The position numbers and the translations under genes are program-made. The notes under the pieces are model-generated. The model saw only the letters and a list, made by a program, of their open reading frames with translations. It was not told the DNA's origin and ran no database searches. Source: Mobula hypostoma (taxonomy: Eukaryota). Taken from it: a DNA stretch of 64,000 nt. The stretch lies in contig NC_086098.1 of the NCBI RefSeq assembly GCF_963921235.1, positions 620,001-684,000 of the forward strand. Direction: 5' to 3'. Positions within the stretch are counted from its first letter, which is position 1. The number at the start of each line of letters is the position of its first letter. Shown one piece after another: positions 1-11,902 of the stretch.

Positions 1-498
1 TCTGGGGAAGGTATGTCCTGTTCAAAGGTGATGGGTTACACCTGAACTTGAGGGGACCAATATTCTCAGAATATTGCTGGGGAGGGTTTAAGCTAATTTG
101 GCAGGTGGTTGGGAATGGGAGTGATGGGACTCAGGATAGGACGGATGGTAAAAAAAAGCAAAGGTAATGTGCATTCAGACTGACAGGATGAGCAGGCAGA
201 TGATAGGACATAATTGCAGTCAGCAGAGTGAGTATCAGTGCATAAACGATGCAGAATCAGAAAGGATAGCAAATATAGTACTCAAAGTGTGATATCTCAA
301 TGCACAGTATCAGAAATAAGGTAGATGATCTTATTGCATCATTACAGATTGTCATGTAGGATGTTGTGATCATCACTGAATCGTGTCTGAAGGATGGTTG
401 TAGTCGGGAGCTAAATGTCCAGGGTTACACATCGTATCGGAGGAATAGGAAGGTTGGCAGAGGGGATGGTGTGGCTCTGCTGGTAAAGAATGGCATCA
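1..498 (+). mobile_element. CR1 LINE fragment: end of ORF1 (esterase) and start of ORF2 endonuclease; continues at 2863
   Basis: Degenerate WGRYVLFKGDGLHLN (SGNH block V), then APE-like YLNA, IITESCL and GVALLVKNGI; reading resumes at 2863 after a 17-bp duplication. Confidence 0.8.
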
Positions 499-1320
499 TA
501 GAAGATAGAAATTGAAAACATAGAACATAGGATGGAGAACATAAAATTCTACAGCACATTACAGGACCTTTGGCCCTAAATGTTGTGCCAACCATGTAAC
601 ATACTCTAGAAACTGTCAAAAATTACCCTACTGCATAGCCCTCTATTTCTTCAAGCTCTATCTGAGTCTCTCAAAAGACCCAGTTGTATCTGCCTCCACC
701 ATCCTCACCGCACACCCACCACTTGTTGCTTTTTCGTGTCCACAGGATTGCCTATCTGTCCCCCTAACTATAAAGTTCCCTATTACCACTACCACCTTTT
801 TCATTTCCCTACCCTTCTGAGCCACAGGGCCGGACTCAGTGCCAGAGGCATGGCCAATGTTGCTTCCCCCGGGTAGGTCATCACCCCCAACAACACTCAA
901 TATGGAGTACTTGTTGAGGGGGACGGCCACAGGGGTTCTCTCCACTACCTGATGCCCTCCTTTCCCTCTCCACTACCTGATGCCCTCCTTTCTCCTCCCA
1001 AGATCACCCACTTGTCTGTCTCCTGTGACCCTGGGGTGACTATCTGCCTCTTGCTCTTGTCTATCACATCCTCACTCTCCCTAACATGTGGAAGGTCATC
1101 GAGCTGCATCTCCAGTTCCCTAACTCGGTCTCTAAGGAGCTAAATCTCGATGCACTTGGTGCAGATGTGGCATCAGGGAGACTGGAAGTCTCCTGGACAT
1201 CCCACTCTGACACCCAGAACAGAAAACTAGCCGCACAGTCTTATCCACTATTCTTCTTGGAGGGGAAAAAAAAGTAACCTACCTGGTCTAGGCCATTCCT
1301 TGTTGAAGCCCCGATGAGCC
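499..1320 (-). mobile_element. Internally deleted CR1: 3' tail joined to an ORF1/5'UTR fragment
   Basis: TAGAACATAG tail and CR1 3'UTR at about 500-720; ORF 658-945 (RTPVAVPLNKYSILSVVGGDD..VVIGNFIVRG) is homologous to the CR1 ORF1 at 6710. Confidence 0.75.
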
Positions 1321-1324
1321 AAAA

Positions 1325-1870
1325 CCACAAGATCATAAAACCATAAGATATAGGAGCAGAAGTAGGCATTTGGCCCATCGAGTCTGCTCTGCCATTTAAT
1401 GGCGGGCTGATCCAATTCTTCCAGTCATTCCCACTCTCCTGCTTTTGCCCCATGCCCTTTGATGCCTTGGCTAATCAAGAACCTATCTCTGCCTTAAATA
1501 CACCCAATGACTTGGCCTCCACAGCCACTCATGGCAACAAATTCCACAGACTTACTATCCTCTGACAAGCAGCCAGCCAAAATAGGATCCCTTTTTTCCC
1601 TCTCTCTGCTTTTTGCCAACCAGCCAACACTCCACCCGTGCTAGTAACTTCCCTGTAATTCCATGGGCTCTTATTTTGCTAAGCAGCCTCATGTGCGGCA
1701 CCCTGTCAAAGGCCTTCTGAAAATCCAAGTATACCACATCTACTGCATCTCCTTTGTCTAGCCTACTTGTAATTTCCTCAAAGAATTGCACTAGGTTTGT
1801 CAGGCAGGATTTTCCTTTCAGGAAACCATGCTGGCTTTGGCCTATCTTGTCATGTGCCTCCAGGTATTCC
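1325..1870 (-). mobile_element. CR1 3' end fused to an RT fragment (internal deletion)
   Basis: CATAAGA-type tail; ORF 1555-1908 has SQHGFLKGKSCLTNL..YLDFQKAFD. Confidence 0.8.
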
Positions 1871-2034
1871 TGGAGCCCTACTACTCTGACGACTGCTCCG
1901 CTAGACAATGTCTCTTCTTTATTTCAAAGCTTTCTCAGTGTCCTTGCGTCATGATGAGCTACTGTGCCTGCACAGTTCCTGACCTGTGCGAAGCTGACTC
2001 TCCCTTCGAATCTGACTCTCCCTTCGAATCTGGA

Positions 2035-2862
2035 GTGTGTCAGGTGTTGAAGGGTGTGAAGGAGGAAAAGTAAGTGCAATTATTTTTACAAGGGAGAAGC
2101 TGCTCAAATGCTGAAAGACCCAACGGTAAGTCACCCAGAACAGATTACCTGCACCCTAGGGTTCTGAAAGAGGTAGTGGTAGAGAAGTGGAGGCATTGGT
2201 AATAATCTTTCAGAAATCATTGGACACTGGCATGGTGCCAGATGACTGGAAAATTGCAAATATCACTCCACTCTTCAAGAAAGAAGGAAGAATGCAGAAA
2301 GGAAATTATAGACCAGTTAGCCTGACCTCAGTGGTTGGGAAGATGTTGGAGTCAATTGTTAAGGATGAAGTTATGGAGTCTTGGTGAGACAGGACAAGAT
2401 AGGACAAAGTCAGCATGGTTTCCTTGAGCGAAAATCTTACCTGATGAATCTGTTGAAATTTTTAGAGTTTACAAGTAGAATAGATAAAGGGGATACATTG
2501 GAAGTTGTATATTTGGACTTTCAGAAGGACTTTGTCAAGGTGTCACACTTGAAACTGCTTACCAAGTTAAGCACCCATGATATTACAGGAAAGTTACTGG
2601 CATGATTAGAGCATTGGCAGATTGGTAGGATGCAGTGAGTGGGAATTAAAAGCTACTCTTCTGGTTGGCTGTCAGTGATTATTGTTGTTCTTCATGGGTT
2701 GATGTTAGGACCGCTTCTTTTTATGCTGTATATTAATGATTTAGATGATGGAATAGATGGGTTTGTTGCCAAGTTTGCAGATGATACAAAGATTGGTGGG
2801 GGGGCAGCTAGGGTTGACGAAAGAGGCAGTCTGCAGAAGGACTTAGACACTTCAGCAGAATG
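2035..2862 (+). mobile_element. CR1 ORF2 RT fragment (degenerate)
   Basis: ORFs 2187/2381/2639: [25 protein letters not shown]. Confidence 0.85.
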
Positions 2863-4787
2863 GGTAAAGAATGGCATCAAATCAGCAGAAAGATGTGACA
2901 TAGGATCAGAAGATGTTGAATCCTTGCGGGCTGAGTTAAGAAACTGCAAAGGTGAAAACACATTGATGGCAGTTATATACAGTCTCACAACAGTGGCTGG
3001 GAGGTGGACCACAGATTACAACAGGAAATACAAAAGAAGAGTCAAAAGGGCAATGTTATGATAGTCATAGCAGATTTTAACACAGAGGTCAATTGGGAAA
3101 ATCAGGATGGTAAATGGTAATCTATCTAAAGAGAGTGAGTTTGTTGAATGCCTAAGAAAAGGCTTTTTAGAGCATTTTGTCATTGAGTCTACTAGGGGAT
3201 CAGCTATACTCCACTGGGTGTTATGTAATGAACCAAGGCGATGTGGAAGCTTAAAGTAAAAGAACCCTTAGGAACCAGTGATCACAATATGATTGAGTTC
3301 AACTTGATATTTGATAGGGAGAAAGTAAAGTCTGATGTAGCAGTATTTCAGTGGAGTAAAGGAAATTACAGTGATATGAAAGAGGAGTTGGTCAAAGTAA
3401 ATTGGAAGGAGCTGCTGGCAGGGATATCAGCAGAGCAGCAATGATGTGCGTTTCTGGGAAAAATGAGGAAGGTGCAGGGCATGTGTATTCCAAAAATGAA
3501 GAAAAACTCAAATGGTAAAATAGTACAACCATGGCTGACAAGAGAATTCAAAGCTATTGTAAAAGCAAAAGAAAGGGCATACAACAAAGCAAACATTAGT
3601 GGGAAGATAGAGGATTGGGAAGTTTTTAAAAACCTATAGGGAGCAACTAAGCAAATCATTAGAAGGAAAAAGATGAAATATGAAAGACAGCTTGCAAATA
3701 ATATCAAAGCAGATAGTAAAAGTTTTTCAAGTATGTTAAAAATAAATGAGAAATGAGAGTGGATGTAGGACTGCTAGAAAATGAGTCAGGAGAAATAATT
3801 ACGGGGAACAAGGAGATAGCTGATGAACTAAATGAGTATTTTGTGTCCGTCTTCACTGTGGAGGACAGTAGCAGTATGCCTGATGATGTATGTGAAGGAA
3901 GAGAAGTGGGTGTAGTTACTGTTACAAGAGAGAAGGTGCTCAAAAAGTTGAAAGACCTAAGGTACACAAGTCATGTGGACCAGAGGAATTACACCCTAGG
4001 GTTCTGAAAGAGGTAGTCTTAGAGATTATGGTGGTATTAGAAATGATCTTTCAAAAATCATTGGACTCCGGCATGGTGCCAGACAACTAGAAAATTGCAA
4101 ATATCACTCCACTCTTTAAGAAAGGAGAAGGCAGCAGAAAGGAAATTATATACCAGTTAACACGAGGAATTCTGCAGATGCTGGAAATTCAAGCAACACA
4201 CATCAAATTTGCTGGTGAACGCAGCAGGCCAGGCAGCATCTCTAGGAAGAGGTCCAGTTGACGTTTCAGGCCGAGACCCTTCGTCAGGACCTTCCTTCCG
4301 TTAGTCCTGACGAAGGGTCTTGGCCTGAAACATCGTCTGTATCTCTTTCTAGAGATGCTGCCTGGCCTGCTGCGTTCACCAGCAAATTTGATGTGTGTTT
4401 ATAGACCATTTAGCCTGACCTCAGTGGTTGGGAAGATGTTAGAGTCAACTATTAATGATGAGGTGATGGAGTACTTGCTGACACAGGGCAAGATAGTACA
4501 AAGTCAGCATGGTTTCCTTCAGGGAAAATCCTGCCTGATGAACCTGTTGGATTTCTTTGAGGAGATTACATATAGGATAGATAAAGGAGATGTAGTAGAT
4601 GTTGTATATTTGGACTTTCAGAAGGCCTTTGACAAGATGCCACACATGAGGCTGCTTAGCAAGTTAAGAGCCTATTGTATTACGGGGAAGTTACTAACAT
4701 GGTTAGAGCATTGGCCGATTGGTAGGAGGCTGCGAGTGGGAATAAAAGGATCCTTTCCGGTTGGCTGCCAGTGACCAGTGGTGTTCT
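2863..4787 (+). mobile_element. CR1 ORF2 (APE-linker-RT N-half), continuation of 1-498, interrupted at 4160-4399
   Basis: ORFs 3241 (LGTSDHNMIEF), 3753 and 4355 (QHGF, YLDFQKAFD). Confidence 0.85.
4160..4399. mobile_element. Palindromic Penelope-derived mini-element with hammerhead motifs
   Basis: About 96-bp inverted arms at 4195-4290 and 4304-4399 matching the PLE 3' end at 28510-28650; imperfect 14-bp TSD TTATATACCAGTTA/TTATAGACCATTTA. Confidence 0.85.
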
Positions 4788-6125
4788 GCTTCTTTCACTT
4801 TTATATCGGTTACAGCTCAGCAAAACATGCTGGACTGTTTCTGGACTACCACAGTCACAAAATCCAGTAGGATGTTTTCCTATTATCTTTAAATAATAGT
4901 TTAGCCCACAACGCCCCAACCTAAGTTTTGTTAATTTCACCATATCTCTACGATTTAAAAGGTAACATTCTGAGACATTTTTAATTAGTGAGTGACTAGA
5001 AAAATAATGCCTGCCCTTTAATTCACTTTTCCAATCCTCCTGCCACTTCTTCTCTATACCTTTTTAAATCTTACTTCTCAATTCTGCTCTGCCGAGGGGA
5101 ACTCTAATTTCTACTTGCCTGCTCTGTATTGCAATGGCATCCACAATTTCATTTCCCTCCACCCCAGCATGCCCAGGTATCCATGAAAATCTGACTGCAC
5201 AACCCACCTTCCCTACTCTAAACAACACTAAGAGAATCTCAATAACTATGTCAGAACGAGCTTTCGATTTATTCCCTTTTATAGCCTCTAAGGCAGCAGC
5301 AGAATCTGAACAGATGATAACCCTACATGGTCGAGAGCCTTCTATCCACCATAAGGCCCAGAGGATTGCTAATAATTCTGTTGCAAAGACAGAAACACCA
5401 TCTGAGACCCAGTGACCAATCTTAACTCCAAGTTGAGACACATACGTCCCAAATCCTGCCTTACTGCTCTCTGGGTCCACTGAGCCATCAGTAGAAACCT
5501 TCAGACAAGATCCCCATTTATTATTTAAATATTCATTTGTGATCAACGCTGATGAATTTGCTCTGCTTCCTTGAAGCTGAAAAAGGAGGAATAGGTCTAC
5601 TTCTGGTTCTGGAAAGAGCCAAAAAGGGACAGGTGGCAAGCAAATTTGGTCAACTATGTCTTCCTCAGTCAGTTTCAATTTCACAGCCCAGTTATTAACC
5701 AAATCTAAAAATGAATATTTTTAAATTTTACTTTAGCGCTCCGATTTCCCCTACAAAAGACACTTTGGCGGACAGCTGTGATTGAAGCCATTTAATTTTG
5801 CCCAATATTGCAGGCCCAACTGAATTCGTCTTAAATGTAGAGGCACTTCTCCCATCTCCACACATAATGCTGGGACTGATGTTGTTCTAAAAGCTCCACA
5901 ACAGAGTCTAAGTGCTTTGGACTGCACAGTGTCTAGTTTTCCAATCACTGTCTAGGCAGTGGAACCTTAAGCAATACAACCATAATCAATAACTGATCTA
6001 ATCATAGCTAGATATGTTAAGTACATAGTTTCCCGCCCTGCTCCCCAGTCGCATCCAGCAATACTTCTCATAATATTTAAAACTTTCTCACACTTTCCAA
6101 TTGTTTTATCTATATGAAGCCTCCA
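4788..6125 (-). mobile_element. Nimb/I-group LINE ORF2 3' part (post-RT region, RNase H, C-terminal CCHC)
   Basis: ORFs 5967 (IRSVIDYGC), 5751 (ALRLCCGAFRTT), 5064 (RNase H) and 4680 (LRLGRCGLN..CDCGSPETVQHVLLSC). Confidence 0.85.
5064..5702 (-). pseudogene. RNase H domain of the I-group LINE ORF2
   Basis: TDGS, TELLAI, CSDS and WIPGHAGVEGNEIVD motifs: complete RNase HI D-E-D-H-D set. Confidence 0.9.
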
Positions 6126-6421
6126 AGGATTCGAAGAAGGAAGTCTGAGAGTCGGAGCGGGAGTGCGGAGGAAGACATTTTTGAAATTTTCATTTTTTTT
6201 CTCCAACGGCGTTCAGAGAGGCGGGACTGCGCAGGCGTGTGACGTCGGGCAGTGCAGCGCGACAGATTTAAAAGGAACAGAGCCTCATACAGCGGGCAGC
6301 GCAGTTTGCGGGCTGCGGAGTGAGCCGGGAGCAGAGTGAAGACTTAAGGGCTTCAGCTCAACGGGCGAGGCGAGGAAGGTTTGGTATTCATTTTCTGTTG
6401 TTATTTGAGGAGAGGGGCAGT

Positions 6422-7357
6422 ATGAGTGTGAGGGCAGTTTGTTGTTCTCGGTGTTGGATGTGGGAGGCCCTGGAGTCTTCAAGCCTCCCGGACGTCCACA
6501 TCTGCACCAAGTGCATCGAGATGCGGCTCCTAAGGGACCGCGTTACGGAACTGGAGCTGCAGATCGATGACCTTCGTCTGGTCAGGGAGAGTGAGGAGTT
6601 GATAGAGAGGAGTTACAGGCAGGTGGTCACACCGGGGCCATGAGAGGCAGACAAGTGGGTCACGGTTAGGAGGGGGAAGGGGAAGAGTCAGGTAATAGAG
6701 AGTACCCCGGTGGCTGTGCCCCTTAACAATAGGTACTCCTGTTTGAGTACTGTTGGGGGGGACAGCTTACCCGGGGGAAGCGACAGTGGCCGTGCCTCCG
6801 GCACAGAGTCCGGCCCTGTAGCTCAGAAGGGGAGGGAAAGGAAGAGGAGGGCAGTTGTGATAGGGGACTCGATAGTAAAGGGGTCAGATAGGCGATTCTG
6901 TGGACGCAGTCCAGAGACCCGGATGGTAGTTTGCCTCCCTGGTGCCAGGGTCCGGGATATATCTGATCGTGTTCAAGATATCCTGAAGTGGGAGGGTGAG
7001 GAGCCAGAGGTCGTGGTACATATAGGTACCAATGACATAGGTAGGAAAAGGGAAGAGGTCCTGAAAGGAGAATATAGGGAGCTAGGAAGGGAGTTGAGAA
7101 AAAGGACCGCAAAGGTAGTAATCTCGGGATTACTGCCTGTGCCACGTGACAGTGAGAGTAGGAATGCGATGAGGTGGAGGATAAATGCGTGGCTGAGGGA
7201 TTGGAGCAGGGGGCAGGGATTCAAGTTTTTGGATCATTGGGACCTCTTTTGGCGCAGGCGTGACCTGTACAAAAAGGACAGGTTACACTGGAACCCTAGG
7301 GGGACCAATATCCTGGCAGGGAGATTAGCGAGGGCTACTGAGGTGATTTTAAACTAG
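6422..7357 (+). pseudogene. CR1 ORF1 (zinc finger, leucine zipper, SGNH esterase) with a premature TGA at 6641-6643
   Basis: CSRC..CTKC, heptad LRDRVTELELQIDDL, GDS, GTND and DRLH blocks; ORFs 6320 and 6710 are in the same frame. Confidence 0.9.
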
Positions 7358-8712
7358 AATGGTTGGGGGGTGGGAATCAAATTAAAGAAGCTAGGCGAGA
7401 GGAGGTTAGTTCACAACAGGGGGATGGGAACCAGTGCAGAGAGACAGAGGGGTGTAAAGTGAGGGTAGAAGCAAAAAGTAGTAAGGAGAAAAGTAAAAGT
7501 GGCAGGCCGACAAATCCAGGGCAAGCATCAAAAAGGGCCACTTTTCAACATAATTGTATAAGGGCTCAGAGAGTTGTAAAAGAGCGCCTGAAGGCTTTGT
7601 GTGTCAATGCAAGGAGCATTCGTAACAAGGTGGATGAATTGAAAGTGCAGATTGTTATTAATGATTATGATCACAGTTGGGATCACAGAAAAATGGCTCC
7701 AGGGTGACCAAGGATGGGAGCTCAATGTTCAGGGATATTCAATATTCAGGAGGGATAGACATGAAAGAAAAGGAGGTGGGGTGGCGTTGCTGGTTAAAGA
7801 GTAGATTAACGCAATAGAAAGGAAGGACATAAGCCGGGAAGATGTGGAATCGAAATGGGTAGAGCTGCATAACCCTAAGGGGCAGAAAACGCTGGTGGGA
7901 GTTGTGCACAGGCCACCGAACAGTAGTAGTGAGGTCGGGGATGGTATTACACAGGAGATTAGAAATGTGTGCAATAAAGGAACAAAGGAAGTTATAATGG
8001 GTGACTTCAATCTACATGTAGATTGGGTGAACCAAATTGGTAAAGGTGCTGAGGAAAAGGATTTCTTGGAATGTATGCGGGATGGTTTTTTGAACCAACA
8101 TGTCGAGGAACCAACTGGAGAGCAGGCTATTCTAGACTGGGTTTTGAGCAATGAGGAAGGGTTAATTAGCAATCTTGTCGTGAGAGGCCCCTTGGGTAAG
8201 AGTGACCATAATATGGTGGAATTCTTCATTAAGATGGAGAGTGACATAGTTAATTCAGAAACAAAGGTTCTGAACTTAAAGAGGGTAACTTTGAAGGTAT
8301 GAGACGTGAATTAGCTAAGATAGACTGGCAAATAACACTTAAAGGATTGACGGTGAATATGCAATGGCAGGCATTTAAAGATCGCATGGATGAACTACAA
8401 CAATTGTTCATCCCAGTTTGGCAAAAGAATAAATCAAGGAAGGTAGTGCACCCGTGGCTGACAAGGGAAATTAGGGATAGTATCAATTCCAAAGAAGAAG
8501 CATACAAATTAGCCAGAAAAAGTGGCTCACCTGGGAGAAATTCAGAGTTCAGCAGAGGAGGACAAAGGGCTTAATTAGGAAGGGGAGAAAAGATTATGAG
8601 AGAAAACTGGCAGGGAACATAAAAACTGATTGTAAAAGCTTTTATAGATATGTAAAAAAGGAAAAGACTGGTAAAGACAAATGTAGGTCCCCTACAGACA
8701 GAAACAGGTGAA

Positions 8713-9960
8713 TTGATTATGGGGAGCAAGGACATCGCAGACCAACTGAATAATTACTTTGGTCCTGTCTTCACTAAGGAGGACATAAATAATCTTCCAG
8801 AAATAGTAGGGGACAGAGGGTCCAGTGAGATGGAGGAACTGAGCGAAATACATGTTAGTAGGGAAGTGGTGTTAGGTAAATTGAAAGGATTAAAGGCAGA
8901 TAAATCCCCAGGGCCAGATGGTCTGCATCCCAGAGTGCTTAAGGAAGTAGCCCAAGAAATAGTGGATGCATTAGTGATAATTTTTCAAAACTCGTTAGAT
9001 TCCGGACTAGTTCCTGAGGACTGGAGGGTGGCTAATGTAACCTCACTTTTTAAAAAAGGAAGGAGAGAGAAACCGGGGAATTATAGACCAGTTAGCCTAA
9101 CGTCGGTGGTGGGGAAACTGCTAGAGTCAGTTATCAAAGATGTGATAACAGCACATTTGGAAAGCGGTGAAATCTTTGGACAAAGTCAGCATGGATTTGT
9201 GAAAGGAAAATCATGTCTGACGAATCTCATTGAATTTTTTGAGGATGTAACTAGTAGAGTGGATAGGGGAGAACCAGTGGATGTGTTATATTTGGATTTT
9301 CAGAAGGCTTTTGACAAGGTCCCACACAGGAGATTAGTGTGCAAACTTAAAGCACACGGTATTGGGGGTAAGGTATTGATGTGGATAGGGAATTGGTTGG
9401 CAGACAGGAAGCAAAGAGTGGGAACAAGCGGGACCTTTTCAGAATGGCAGGCAGTGACTAGTGGGGTACTGCAAGGCTCAGTGCTGGGACCCCAGTTGTT
9501 TACAATATATATTAATGACTTGGATGAGGGAATTAAATGCAGCATCTCCAAGTTTGCGGATGACACGAAGCTGGGCGGCAGTGTTAGCTGTGAGGAGGTT
9601 GCTAAGAGGATGCAGGGTGACTTGGATAGGTTGGGTGAGTGGGCAAATTCATGGCAGATGCAATTTAATGTGGATAAATGTGAAGTTATCCACTTTGGTG
9701 GCAAAAATAGGAAAACAGATTATTATCTGAATGGTGGCCGATTAGGAAAAGGGGAGGTGCAACGAGAGCTGGGTGTCATTATACACCAGTCATTGAAAGT
9801 GGGCATTCAGGTACAGCAGGCGGTGAAAAAGGCGAATGGTATGCTGGCATTTATAGCGAGAGGATTCGAGTACAGGAGCAGGGAGGTACCACTGCAGTTG
9901 TACAAGGCCTTGGTGAGACCACACCTGGAGTATTGTGTGCAGTTTGGTCCCCTAATCTGA
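8713..9960 (+). pseudogene. CR1 ORF2 reverse transcriptase segment (copy A1)
   Basis: [38 protein letters not shown]; frameshift near 9945. Confidence 0.92.
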
Positions 9961-10480
9961 GGAAAGACATCCTTGCCACAGAGGGAGTACAAAGGAGGTT
10001 CACCAGATTGATTCCTGAGATGGCAGGACTTTCATATGAAGAAAGACTGGATGAACTAGGCTTGTACTCGTTGGAATTTAGAAGATTGAGGGGGGATCTG
10101 ATTGAAACGCATAAAATCCTAAAGGGATTGGACAGGCTAGAGGCAGGGGGATTGTTCCCGATGTTGGGGAAGTCCGGAACGAGGGGTCACAGTTTGAGGA
10201 TAAGGGGGAAGCCTTTTAGGACTAAGATTAGGAAAAACTTCTTCACAGAGAGAGTGGTGAATCTGTGGAATTCTCTGCCACAGGAAACAGTTGAGGCCAG
10301 TTCATTGGCTATATTTAAGAGGGAGTAGATATGGCCCTTGTGGCTACAGGGATCAGGGGGTATGGAGGGAAGGCTGGTGCAGGGTTCTGAGTTGGATGAT
10401 CAGCCATGATCATAATAAATGGCGGTGCAGGCTCGAAGGGCCGAATGGCCTACTCCTGCACCTATTTTCTATGTTTCTAT

Positions 10481-10531
10481 GTGAGTCTTCCATCAAACCA
10501 GACACCTAAAAACTTGAATACCTTGACTTTT
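10481..10531 (-). mobile_element. Short piece of the Nimb-like ORF2 between two CR1 insertions
   Basis: Minus strand reads KVKVFKFLGVWFDGRLT and joins WRLHIDKTI at 6125 once A1 is removed. Confidence 0.75.
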
Positions 10532-11902
10532 TAGACAATTGGTGCAGAAGTAGACCATTTGGCCCTTCGAGCCTGCACCACCATTCTGAGATCATGGCTA
10601 ATCATCTACTATCAATACCCGGTTCCTGCCTTGTCCCCATAACCCTTGATTCCCCTATCCATAAGATACCTATCTAGCTCCTTCTTGAAAGCATCCAGAG
10701 AATTGGCCGCCACTGCCTTCTGAGGCAGCGCGTTCCACACCTCCACAACTCTCTGGGAGAAGAAGTTCCTCCTCAACTCTGTCCTAAATGACCTACCCCT
10801 TATTCTTAAACCATGTCCTCTGGTACTGGACTCTCCCAGCATCTGGAACATATTTCCTGCCTCTAACTTGTCCAATCACGTAATAATCTTACATGTCTCA
10901 ATCAGATCCCCCCTCAATCTCCTTAATTCCAGCGTGTACAAGCCCAGTCTCTCTAGCCTCTCTGCGTAAGACAGTCCGGACATCCCAGGAATTAACCTAA
11001 TGAACCTACGCTGCACCTCCTCCACAGCCAGGATGTCCTTCCTTAACCCTGGAGACCAAAACTGCACACAATACTCCAGGTGTGGTCTCACCAGGGCCCT
11101 GTACAAATTCAAAAGGATTTCCTTGCTCTTGTACTCAATTCCCTTTGTAATAAAGGCCAACATTCCATTAGCCTTCTTCACTGCCTGCTGCACTTGCTCA
11201 TTCACCTTCAGAGACTGATGAACAAGTACTCCTAGATCTCTTTGTATTTCACCCTTACCTAACTCCACACCGTTCAGATAATAATCTGCCTTCCTGTTCT
11301 TGCTCCCAAAGTGAATAACCTCACATTCACATTAAACGCCATCTGCCAAGTTTCTGCCCACTCACCCAGCCTATCCAAGTCACCTTGAATTCTCCTGACA
11401 CCCTCATCACATGTCACACTGCCACCCAGCTTAGTATCATCAGCAAACTTGCTGATGTTATTCACAATGCCTTCCTCTAAATCATTGACGTAAATTGTAA
11501 ACAGCTGTGGTCCCAATACCGAGCCCTGTGGCACCCCACTAGTCACCACCTGCCATTCCAAGAAACACCCATTCACTGCTACCCTTTGCTTTCTATCTGC
11601 CAAACAGTTTTCTATCCATGTCAATATCCTCCCCCCGATGCCATGAGCTCTGACTTTACCCACCAATCTCCTATGTGGTACCTTATCAAATGCCTTCTGA
11701 AAGTCAAGGTACACCACATCCACTGGATCTCGTGCGTCTATCTTCCTGGTTACATCCTCGAGAAACTCCAATAGATTAGTCTAGCATGATTTGCCCTCGG
11801 TAAATCCATGCTGGCTTGGCCCAATCCTATCACTGCTATCAAGATACGATGCTATTTCATCTTTAATAATACGATGCTATTTCATCTTTAATCTAGCATC
11901 TT
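10532..11902 (-). mobile_element. 5'-truncated CR1 (RT and 3' end), a different subfamily from A
   Basis: ORFs 11274, 10876 and 10612 carry RT motifs and the CR1 C-terminus (GYGDKAG). Confidence 0.9.

Larger units (their letters stand above)
6126..10480 (+). mobile_element. Full-length CR1 LINE (subfamily A, copy A1), inactivated by stops and frameshifts
   Basis: CpG-rich 5'UTR, ORF1 about 6422-7357, ORF2 pieces 7363-10328 (APE, RT FADD), 3'UTR ending TTTCTATGTTTCTAT. Confidence 0.95.

Noticed and set aside
9300..9730. Recurrent ORFs MPPKWITSH.. and MGYCKAQCW.. (also at 13776, 18708 and 54235)
   Set aside because: Antisense or alternate-frame shadows of near-identical CR1 RT copies; recurrence reflects copy identity, not selection
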